Below are positions 5,405 through 12,514 of a stretch of 26,180 bases of DNA, one piece after another. This stretch comes from Candidatus Iainarchaeum sp. (GTDB lineage: Archaea; Iainarchaeota; Iainarchaeia; Iainarchaeales; GCA-2688035). The number at the start of each line of letters is the position of its first letter. The first letter of the stretch is position 1. The notes under the pieces were generated by a model. It was not told the DNA's origin. It saw only the letters and a list, made by a program, of their open reading frames with translations, and searched no databases. Where the stretch lies: the NCBI GenBank assembly GCA_028713935.1, contig JAQTNI010000017.1:1-26180 (forward strand), in the 5' to 3' direction. The position numbers and the translations under genes are program-made.

Positions 5405-7160
5405 AGATTTCACGTTTCATTAATAATTTCATGTATTTTTCATTTGAAATATATTTGTTTTGCAACAATATTAAGGATAAGCATTCGGGCATATACTCAA
5501 AGAAATCTTGTTTTGTGATTCTGCACATTTCTATGATTGCTTGCAATGGAACTGCCTTTCCTCGAAGCCAGCCATTTACGTTGTGTCTTTTGTATTTGAA
5601 CATTGTTTTTTTGTTTTCTTCTATTTTTTGGACTAATGCTTTATTGCATTGGTACATATTGTTAGAGCATTTTGCTCTTGCGGATTTTATTAAACTTTTG
5701 ATTTTTGTGTTGTTTTGCAGTTTGATACAATGCAAAAATTCCTTGTTTTCTATAATTTTAAGAAAAGCGCTTTTTTTAATTGGATGACTTATGTAAGGAA
5801 GAACGTCATAAAAGCATTTTATGGTGTCTGTTAAATAGTTAATTCTAAAATCATAAAAATCAGTATTTTTTCCTTTATCGCAGTTAACTTTTTGTATTCT
5901 GTAACCAAGCTCCGTGCCTAGTTTGCTAGCTTGATCTCTGAATTTTTTGCTTAAGCTTGATGCCGCAATTCTTGGAAACTGTTTGTCCCGGTTTTCTGGA
6001 AAAAACGAACCCTCTGTTTCGAGAATTGTCGCAAATATTTGTTTTTTGTCCTCGTCATTTTTACAAGCATTTATCTCATCAGATATCTCCACATCTTTGC
6101 ATTTATAGCCGGGCTGCATGTTATACTGTAATACAAGCGTTTGCCTTAATGGTGCCGAGGAAATTGATAATTTATATCCGTCCCAATCTTTGTCTGTTCC
6201 TTTGTGAATACTGTTGTCATAAATAAGTGCTACCTTCGGATTCATTTTGTATAACCTAACAAATTTTTCTTTTATTTTTTCCAGTGTACATTCCGCACCT
6301 TTCCTTTGGCATGTTTCTACTCTTGGCTGTGATAATGCAATATGGCCTTCAAGCTTAATCCAAATAAGCAAATCAAGTAATTCTCTTCTTGGATAATTAT
6401 GGAATGTTATTGCTTCTTCTTCTGGCGCACAGTGCCCATATAATTTGCAATCGTCAATTTCTTGCCAAATGTCTTTATCCAACAGTTGGCAGATTTTTAT
6501 TAATGCAAGTAATTGTATTTTCCCTTGTTTTTTAGTCCAGAAATAAATCAATTGCCTATGCTTTACATTGCACAATTTTGCTAATTCTGTTTTCGTGCCA
6601 ACAAGCTTAAGTGCATCATTGACCAAGCCAACCAAATTATCTTTTGGTTCAAGACAAACAGAGTGGAAAGCTACAAGCGGTTTCACTATTCTCTTATTTG
6701 CAACGTTTCTCTGTATTCTTGTTTTATTCAAGCAAACCCAAAGTTGCTGGTACTGAATTGGAATGAATTTGTCTTGGGCATTTATTCTACAAGCTCTTTC
6801 CAGCAAGCGGATTGACAATAAGCACTTTGAATCCAAGTAGTCTTTCATTGTTTTTTCTTCGTTTTCAGTTCTCTCAAAAGTCGGATTTTGTAATGCTATT
6901 TCAATTGCTTTTTGCGGATTTTTGCTCAGCTCAACAAAGTAAGAACTTTCTTCAAACATTTGCTCACCACTGTAGATTTCGCTCGTTTTATTATAAAGTG
7001 CTTGCGGAGGTGAATTTCCGTTATTCATATGAATTGCTTCCGCAGAATTCATTGAGAATCCAGATATCTCTGTCATCCAAGTCTTCTGGATTATTGGCAG
7101 CAAGTCTTTTTGCAATTCGTATTTCTTCCAAAGTGGGAAGAGGAAACTGAAACCTTTCAT
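5394..7160 (-). CDS. Free-standing double-motif LAGLIDADG endonuclease-like protein with flanking HTH-like segments
   Basis: The ORF is 588-589 aa. It has two LAGLIDADG-type motifs about 113 aa apart (LLIWIKLEGHIAL and IFATILETEGSFF). There are two W..G...(I/P)L..L.....HTH-like segments (LAKLCNVKHRQLIYFWTKKQGKIQLLALIKI and NGWLRGKAVPLQAIIEMCRI). It looks more AT-rich than its neighbours. Its stop overlaps the gatE start. The 5' end is ambiguous (see findings). Confidence 0.6.
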   Translation of the reverse strand: MKGFSFLFPLWKKYELQKDLLPIIQKTWMTEISGFSMNSAEAIHMNNGNSPPQALYNKTSEIYSGEQMFEESSYFVELSKNPQKAIEIALQNPTFERTENEEKTMKDYLDSKCLLSIRLLERACRINAQDKFIPIQYQQLWVCLNKTRIQRNVANKRIVKPLVAFHSVCLEPKDNLVGLVNDALKLVGTKTELAKLCNVKHRQLIYFWTKKQGKIQLLALIKICQLLDKDIWQEIDDCKLYGHCAPEEEAITFHNYPRRELLDLLIWIKLEGHIALSQPRVETCQRKGAECTLEKIKEKFVRLYKMNPKVALIYDNSIHKGTDKDWDGYKLSISSAPLRQTLVLQYNMQPGYKCKDVEISDEINACKNDEDKKQIFATILETEGSFFPENRDKQFPRIAASSLSKKFRDQASKLGTELGYRIQKVNCDKGKNTDFYDFRINYLTDTIKCFYDVLPYISHPIKKSAFLKIIENKEFLHCIKLQNNTKIKSLIKSARAKCSNNMYQCNKALVQKIEENKKTMFKYKRHNVNGWLRGKAVPLQAIIEMCRITKQDFFEYMPECLSLILLQNKYISNEKYMKLLMKREIYGL

Positions 7161-7340
7161 CAAAATTCATTCGAACCACCTCCAAAATAAAAAAGAATTT
7201 TTTCTTGGACGTCTTGCGAATTTTGGAGCTATTAAATCCTTTTTACCAAAATTCCTAATTGAAGCGTAAAAAGGTTTAAAGCGAGAAAATTCGAGTCCAA
7301 AAGAAAAAATTCGATTAATTGGAGGTGGCGAGAATTTTTG
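7161..7340. repeat. Imperfect inverted repeat of about 46-50 bp arms (7161-7210 and 7295-7340) enclosing smaller hairpins
   Basis: The left arm is CAAAATTCATTCGAACCACCTCCAAAATAAAAAAGAATTTTTTCTTGGAC. The reverse complement of the right arm is CAAAAATTCTCGCCACCTCCAATTAATCGAATTTTTTCTTTTGGAC. Shared blocks are CCACCTCCAA and GAATTTTTTCTT..GGAC. An inner 9-bp hairpin pairs GAATTTTGG (7218-7226) with CCAAAATTC (7246-7254). Confidence 0.65.
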
Positions 7341-7397
7341 GGCTCATTAAAAGAAAAAGATATTGAAGAAATCTACGAAAAATTTAAAGAATAAAGG

Positions 7398-7934
7398 TTA
7401 CTTGCCCTGCACAATTTTCTTTCCAAGTTCAAGGCATTTCCGCATCAATTTTTTGTTATTAATTGCCTCGCCTTGTTCATGCGCTTTTGCCCTTACCCTG
7501 CCAACAATTTTTATTCCACAAATTTTGCAAAAATTTTCCAGTGCCTTTTCAGTTGTTTTCAGGGATTTTCCGCCTTCTATGCCAGCAACAACAAGCACTG
7601 CTTTTTTTCCTTTAAGGGTTTCTTCCCAGAAAGGGCAGAACCTGTCAAAAAAAATTTTCATCAAGCCGGAAACATTGTTGAAATAATTCGGGCTTCCAAG
7701 AACAATAACATCGGCATTGAACATTTTTGGATAAATAAGCCTCATATCATCATCCAGCCTGCATGTTCTTGTTTTTTCACAGCACAGGCAGCCATCGCAA
7801 AGCAAAATATTTTTGTCCCTAAGCAGAACCAGTTCAATCTGCGCTCCCGCTTCTTCAGCTCCGTCAAGAATCCGCTTCAGCATTGCCTCAATATTTCCCT
7901 TCCTTGGAGAGCCGCAAACTGCAAGAACCTTCAT
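7398..7934 (-). CDS. Flavodoxin-fold NAD(P)H-dependent FMN reductase / iron-sulfur flavoprotein family protein
   Basis: The 178-aa protein starts MKVLAVCGSPRKGN and has a Cys cluster (CDGCLCCEKTRTC). It also carries ADVIVLGSPNYFNNVSG, as in archaeal Isf-like flavoproteins. Confidence 0.8.
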   Translation of the reverse strand: MKVLAVCGSPRKGNIEAMLKRILDGAEEAGAQIELVLLRDKNILLCDGCLCCEKTRTCRLDDDMRLIYPKMFNADVIVLGSPNYFNNVSGLMKIFFDRFCPFWEETLKGKKAVLVVAGIEGGKSLKTTEKALENFCKICGIKIVGRVRAKAHEQGEAINNKKLMRKCLELGKKIVQGK

Positions 7935-7993
7935 AAAAACCGATTAATTATTGCAATGAAAAGTTTAAATTGCTCTGCCCACTAAAATACAAT

Positions 7994-8863
7994 ATGCAAA
8001 GGCAATCTAATTTGGACAGGAGAAAAGGCAGGCCTTCTTTTGGAAGGCGCCAATTAGGCAGGTCAATAAGCCCGCAGCAGGTAATTTCCGGCTTTGACAT
8101 GGCAGACAGGCAAATGCGCGCGCAAATGCGCGCAGTCAATGCATTCAAATCAAGGCTTGGCATAAAAAACATTACTGATGCGAATCTTGCAAGGCTAAAA
8201 AACCGCAGGGGAATCAGTGCAGGCAGGATGCGTTCCCTGAATGAAATTTTGCGCATCAAGCCGGAATATGTTTCTTCTCTCAGGGAAAGCGCCCGGGCTC
8301 GGCGCTTGATTAAGCTTGGCCTGGTCAGAGACCCAAAATTTGTGCAGATTGAAAACCTTGCCGCTTTTACCCATAATGTTTTCCAGATTATGCGCTCCTG
8401 TGAAGCCAGTGGCAGGCAATATTCAATGGCAATTCTTGACATTGACAAATTCAAGCGCATAAATGATTCTTTTGGGCATGGAGTCGGGGATGTGGTAATA
8501 AGTGAAATGGCTTCAATGCTCAGCGCTTTTGCAAAAAAACACGGCGGAGCAGCTGCAAGGGTTGGCGGTGAAGAATTCAGGGTGTTTGTTGCAATGTCTC
8601 CCAAAGAGCTGCGAACCAGGATTGTTGAGCTTCAAAAAACTTTTTCAGATGCCCTTGAAAAGCCTGAAAGGCGCGGAGCCCAGCCAATAAATAGCTGGCA
8701 AAACTGGACAGCGCCAACTTTCAGTGCCGGAATAAGCGCAAAAAAAGGAAACAAAAAAACCTTATTGAACAATGTTTTAAACCGGCTTTCAACAGAATCA
8801 GATTCCGCCTTGTACAAGGCGAAAGAAACAAGGAACACTGTTGCGGTTTTTGTTAAACCCTAA
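7994..8863 (+). CDS. GGDEF-domain protein (putative diguanylate cyclase) with an uncharacterised basic N-terminal region
   Basis: GGDEF-domain motifs are present in the usual order. They are ILDIDKFKRINDSFGHGVGD, an active-site GGEEF (nt 8564-8578), FSAGIS and DSALYKAKETRNTV. No RxxD I-site lies upstream of GGEEF. The ATG at 7994 is preferred because a TATA-like TTTAAAT sits about 27 nt upstream. The ORF is open from 7970. Confidence 0.85.
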   Translation: MQRQSNLDRRKGRPSFGRRQLGRSISPQQVISGFDMADRQMRAQMRAVNAFKSRLGIKNITDANLARLKNRRGISAGRMRSLNEILRIKPEYVSSLRESARARRLIKLGLVRDPKFVQIENLAAFTHNVFQIMRSCEASGRQYSMAILDIDKFKRINDSFGHGVGDVVISEMASMLSAFAKKHGGAAARVGGEEFRVFVAMSPKELRTRIVELQKTFSDALEKPERRGAQPINSWQNWTAPTFSAGISAKKGNKKTLLNNVLNRLSTESDSALYKAKETRNTVAVFVKP

Positions 8864-9857
8864 TTTTTCTTTCTTGGATTATTTGCTGGACAGTCCTCCT
8901 CATTAAGCTCTTGTAAAACAAAAGTAGGGCAGCAGGTGCAGTGTCGCTTACTTTTTGATTTTCTGCAATTTTTTTCCACGTAAGCCCCATGGACCTTTGC
9001 CTAATGGCTTCCTTAATTGCCAAGGGGCGCTTTTGTAAAAGCGGCATTCTCCTGATGAGCTCATTAATAATTTCTTCTTGCAAGCCAAAAGGCAGTTTTG
9101 CAAATTCGTGCAGGCCAATCAGTGCCATTGGAGGATTTTTTACAAGAGGTTCAGTTGCCCTGCCAGAAGAAGGCCTGGCAGCGCTTCTTCTGAATTTTTT
9201 TTTCATTGTTTTTTTTCTGGTTGCCTTTCTTGCCAATTCTGCTGCTATCTTGGGTATTTTGAAATTAACAAAATGCTCTATTTTTTGTTCTTCTGTCAGC
9301 CCTTTCAGTTTTTCCCGTTCAGGGTCAAAATAGTCAAGTTGTTCCAAAAGTTTTAACCGGATTTCTTGGGCTAATTCCAATGCAGAGTCAACCCCAGTTG
9401 CAAGGAAAAATTTTTTGTACATCCGAAACCTAGCGCTGGCACAACTATTAATTACTCCGGAAAAATGCCCAAGAATTTCTCTTTTCCTTGCCGGGCTAAA
9501 AAAATTTGTTCTTTTATTTTTTTTAGGTGTTCTGGCAGTACTTGGCGTTTCCAGTTTTCTGACAGTATCACGGGCAACTGTAACAGCTTTTGCAATCTTA
9601 CTTCTGGGCAAGTTTGTGTGTTTTAACAATTCAAGAATTCTTTGTTGTTTTTCCGGGGGTATTTTTGAAGAGTAGACTGGCCTTAATCCCCATATTCGTT
9701 TGAGGGTTGTTGTAGCTACGCCAAGCTCTCTTGCCTTTTGCTCGTAACTCCATGCTGTGCCAGGCCTTGGTTTTGCTCTTAAAATAGAGTTTCTCTGGTC
9801 AAGGGTTAACCGCCTTCCTGCATTAGGGCTTACAAATCCTCTTCTTCCAGCAGCCAA
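8853..9857 (-). CDS. Multi-HTH DNA-binding protein with sigma-70 region 2/4-like segments
   Basis: The 334-aa protein has two N-terminal HTH-like units (WSYEQKARELGVATTTLKRIWG and LPRSKIAKAVTVARDTVRKL). A basic linker and a helical segment (SALELAQEIRLKLLEQLDYFDPE) follow. The C-terminal HTH is RSMGLTWKKIAENQKVSDTA. It shares this architecture and an RSxGx[ST]WxxIA motif with the ORF at 21337-22119. Confidence 0.55.
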   Translation of the reverse strand: MAAGRRGFVSPNAGRRLTLDQRNSILRAKPRPGTAWSYEQKARELGVATTTLKRIWGLRPVYSSKIPPEKQQRILELLKHTNLPRSKIAKAVTVARDTVRKLETPSTARTPKKNKRTNFFSPARKREILGHFSGVINSCASARFRMYKKFFLATGVDSALELAQEIRLKLLEQLDYFDPEREKLKGLTEEQKIEHFVNFKIPKIAAELARKATRKKTMKKKFRRSAARPSSGRATEPLVKNPPMALIGLHEFAKLPFGLQEEIINELIRRMPLLQKRPLAIKEAIRQRSMGLTWKKIAENQKVSDTAPAALLLFYKSLMRRTVQQIIQERKIRV

Positions 9858-9904
9858 AAAAACACTTTTTTTTAATTGAAATTATTCCAAATTAAATTTT
9901 TTCC

Positions 9905-11266
9905 TCACGATTCTGGTGCCTTTGAATCCAGTGGGGTTCTCTCGTTTATTTCCCCGCAAAGATTTTTCTGCATTAATTCCTTTATTTTTTCCTTATCTTT
10001 GTAATTTCCCAAGAGCCAGGCGAGCTTTACAAAAGCCGTTTCAGGGAGCATGTCTTCGCAGTAGATTACTCCAATGCCGCTTACTTTTCTGAGATTGGCG
10101 TAAATAGTCGGGTGAACCCTGCCAAAAAGGCACTGTGAAGCCATGCAAACAACACAGCCGCTTTTAACAAGGCTTTTTATTATTTCAAGGTTTTTTGCAT
10201 GCTCTTTTGTTGCAATTGGAATATGACCAAGCCCTGTTCCCGCAATCACAAGCCCTTTTGACTTGTTTTCCTTGAAGAAAGAAAATTCTTTCACAGACAT
10301 GTTCGGATGCGAGTATAAAAAACCGGTTTTTTCCTCAAAATCAGGCCTTGCCTTAAAATTTTCAGCTGTTTTTCTCGGATAATCCTTTTTCAAAAAATTT
10401 ATTTCCCCTGTTTTATAATCCACCAAGGCAATTGGCGAGTCATTTATTGCCTTGAAAGCGTCTCTCCTGCTCGTATGCATTTTTCTTGTTTTGCACGCAG
10501 GCAGAATCGCACAGGCATCATCACTGTTGCTGTGGTGCATGCAGATTGCAACTCCGGCAAAATCTGTTTTTGCAATGAAACTAGCTGCGCAAATCAGGTT
10601 CATGGCTGCATCACTGCTTCCCCTGTCACTGCTTCTCTGCGCGCCAACAAGCAGTATTGGAACAGGGCAGTTTTCAAGCGCAAAAGCAAGCGCCGCAGAA
10701 GTATAACCCAATGTGTCAGTGCCATGCCCGAGAATTATTCCTTTCACACCTTTTTTTATTTCCTTTTCAATTGCCTTGGCAATTGTTTTGTAATCGCTGA
10801 AACGCATGTCCTCTGACATAATGTTGCTTACAAGAGTGCTTTCAAAATTTGCAATTTTTCCAAGTTCGGGAAACATTGAAAGCAAATCCTCTGGGCTGAA
10901 AGAGGCAAAAACACCGCCTGTTTCATAATTGACCCTGCTTGCAATTGTGCCGCCAGTATGCAGAATTGAAATTTTTGGCAGTGAAGTGTTCTGCTTTATT
11001 TCAGTTGTCTGGGGCTTTGCAGTTTTCATGCCCTGGGAAATTTTTTTAATTGAACTAATTTTGCCAGGGCTCAATCCAATGTTATAACCGCTTTTCAGCT
11101 TCAAAAAAACAATTCCAGTTTCATTTCCGGGGATTATTGTGCCCAAAACAGTTTCTTCCCCGAAAACAGCTTCTACAAAATCGCCTTCTTTCAGCTTTTT
11201 CTTTTTCAAAAAAATTTTTGCATCCATTAAAACCATCTTTTGAGAATTATTAATTGCAATTTTCAT
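9905..11266 (-). CDS. gatD: Glutamyl-tRNA(Gln) amidotransferase subunit D
   Basis: The 453-aa protein has an N-terminal GatD-specific domain followed by an asparaginase-type domain. Diagnostic segments are ILHTGGTIAS and ILGHGTDTLGYTSAAL. Confidence 0.95.
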   Translation of the reverse strand: MKIAINNSQKMVLMDAKIFLKKKKLKEGDFVEAVFGEETVLGTIIPGNETGIVFLKLKSGYNIGLSPGKISSIKKISQGMKTAKPQTTEIKQNTSLPKISILHTGGTIASRVNYETGGVFASFSPEDLLSMFPELGKIANFESTLVSNIMSEDMRFSDYKTIAKAIEKEIKKGVKGIILGHGTDTLGYTSAALAFALENCPVPILLVGAQRSSDRGSSDAAMNLICAASFIAKTDFAGVAICMHHSNSDDACAILPACKTRKMHTSRRDAFKAINDSPIALVDYKTGEINFLKKDYPRKTAENFKARPDFEEKTGFLYSHPNMSVKEFSFFKENKSKGLVIAGTGLGHIPIATKEHAKNLEIIKSLVKSGCVVCMASQCLFGRVHPTIYANLRKVSGIGVIYCEDMLPETAFVKLAWLLGNYKDKEKIKELMQKNLCGEINERTPLDSKAPES

Positions 11267-12242
11267 TTTTTAAAACAAACTCTATCTTGTTTGAACCGCA
11301 TCCCTGGCAATTAATTATTGCCTCAAGCCCGTTTAAGGAAACCCCTGCCGGTAATCCAAGTTCTTCGGGAGTTTTTGCTTTTATTGCTTTATCGCAGGAA
11401 TCTACAAGCATGCATTTCTGGCAATAACAGGTTGTTCTGCATTCCCCGCCTGAATCCAGCTCTGGATAGTCACAATTTTCAGCAATGCAGTTTTCAGTGC
11501 CGCTTACTTCTACAGCAATCTTGTTCTGGTCTGAGCCAGAATTTTCTCCAAAAGCAACCAGGCTTATTTCAAAGCTTCCTTCAAAAAGTTCCAGTGGAAC
11601 CTGCATTTTTGTTTTTTCCCCGCCTAAAAGCCTGTTAAGGGGAATGACTTTTGAAGCTCCCGTAAAAAATTTTTTTTGCCAGACCCCTCCTTCAAAAAAT
11701 TTCTGGAAAACATCAATTTTAAGGCTGCCAAAAAGCATTTCCTGTTTCCCGGAATTTTCTATTTCAATGCTTATTTCAGCGGGCTCGCTGCTTAAATCAA
11801 TTGTTTTTTTTATTTCTGTTTTTTTAAAAGCCAGTTGTGCAGGCGCTTCCCCAAAATAAATCCTGCAGGCATACATGTTTCCCGAAAAAGAGCATCTTGA
11901 AGCAGTAAGAATTGTTTTTGCTGAATTAAAAAGAATTCTTCTCTCATCCCATTCTATGAGGCCGCAGTTCTCATTGATATTGCAGCAAATTTTCGGATTA
12001 TTGCATTCAAATGCAATGCTTCTATTAGCAGCGTCAAAATTCTGGGCTGCAAGGCCTTCTTTTTCCTTAAATGTAATGTCAAGAAAAATCGATTTGCCTT
12101 CATTCAGCTGTGCCCCATTGAGATTGTTTGAAAGCAATGCAAAAGCGTCTTTCCCGGGAAAAAAATACGGCAGCAAAGAATAAAAAACATAAATCAGTGC
12201 AATTGCGGCTATTGCAAAAACAAGCATTTTGAAAACATTCAT
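11250..12242 (-). CDS. Membrane-anchored or secreted cysteine-rich protein, function unknown
   Basis: The 330-aa protein has an N-terminal hydrophobic helix (MLVFAIAAIALIYVFYSLL). Cys-rich blocks occur at CNNPKICCNINENCG and in the C-terminus (CIAENC...CRTTCYCQKCMLVDSC...CQGCG). Its start overlaps the upstream stop by 4 nt, and its 3' end overlaps the gatD start by 17 nt. Confidence 0.6.
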   Translation of the reverse strand: MNVFKMLVFAIAAIALIYVFYSLLPYFFPGKDAFALLSNNLNGAQLNEGKSIFLDITFKEKEGLAAQNFDAANRSIAFECNNPKICCNINENCGLIEWDERRILFNSAKTILTASRCSFSGNMYACRIYFGEAPAQLAFKKTEIKKTIDLSSEPAEISIEIENSGKQEMLFGSLKIDVFQKFFEGGVWQKKFFTGASKVIPLNRLLGGEKTKMQVPLELFEGSFEISLVAFGENSGSDQNKIAVEVSGTENCIAENCDYPELDSGGECRTTCYCQKCMLVDSCDKAIKAKTPEELGLPAGVSLNGLEAIINCQGCGSNKIEFVLKNENCN

Positions 12243-12514
12243 TTTCTCTGCCTCCGAAACCTTCCCTGTTTCTGGCCAGGGCTTGTTTCAAGATGAAACT
12301 GCCATTGCAGCAGTTTTGTCAGTATTGTTGAAACAATATACCCAATCAGGAATATTAAAACAAGCATTCCCCAGTTTTCTGTCCTGATAAAATAAGTTGT
12401 AAAGTCACCGCTCCAGAAACGCATTTTCAGCGAAACATACAGCACTATTGCGAATGCAACCAGGAAAATAATTATTTTCCATGTTTTTGCAATTATTTTC
12501 CAGAAAAAACTCAT
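12239..12514 (-). CDS. Small two-helix membrane protein
   Basis: The 91-aa protein has two hydrophobic helices and a basic C-terminus. It overlaps both the DNA ligase gene and the next ORF by 4 nt (ATGA type). Confidence 0.55.
   Translation of the reverse strand: MSFFWKIIAKTWKIIIFLVAFAIVLYVSLKMRFWSGDFTTYFIRTENWGMLVLIFLIGYIVSTILTKLLQWQFHLETSPGQKQGRFRRQRK

Noticed and set aside
5394-7163. The LAGLIDADG-like ORF as an intein of GatE.
   Set aside because: It is a separate ORF in a different reading frame, upstream of the gatE start. GatE is colinear with archaeal homologs from its first residues, with no insertion, and no Cys/Ser...HN splice junctions are present.
7363-7686. A 107-aa plus-strand ORF downstream of the inverted repeat.
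   Set aside because: It is antisense to the well-supported flavoprotein gene and has a low-complexity translation. Only the first ~35 nt are intergenic.
7948-8604. Long ORFs antisense to confidently assigned genes. Examples are 7948-8604 opposite the GGDEF gene, 13439-14140 opposite lig, 22783-23304 opposite the PIN-like gene, 3519-3980 and 4288-4743 opposite gatE, 19880-20416 opposite the radical SAM gene, and 25487-25897 opposite pyrG.
   Set aside because: Their translations are low-complexity and rich in Ser/Phe/Leu/Cys. They have no recognisable motifs and are fully contained in strongly supported genes on the other strand. They are shadow ORFs.
9040-9060. TGATGA/CTGA-type strings as C/D box sRNA candidates. 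Examples are CTGATGAGC near 9050 and CTGATGAAA near 18490.
   Set aside because: They lie inside coding regions and lack a proper RUGAUGA C box. They also lack a matching D box with a terminal stem at the right spacing.
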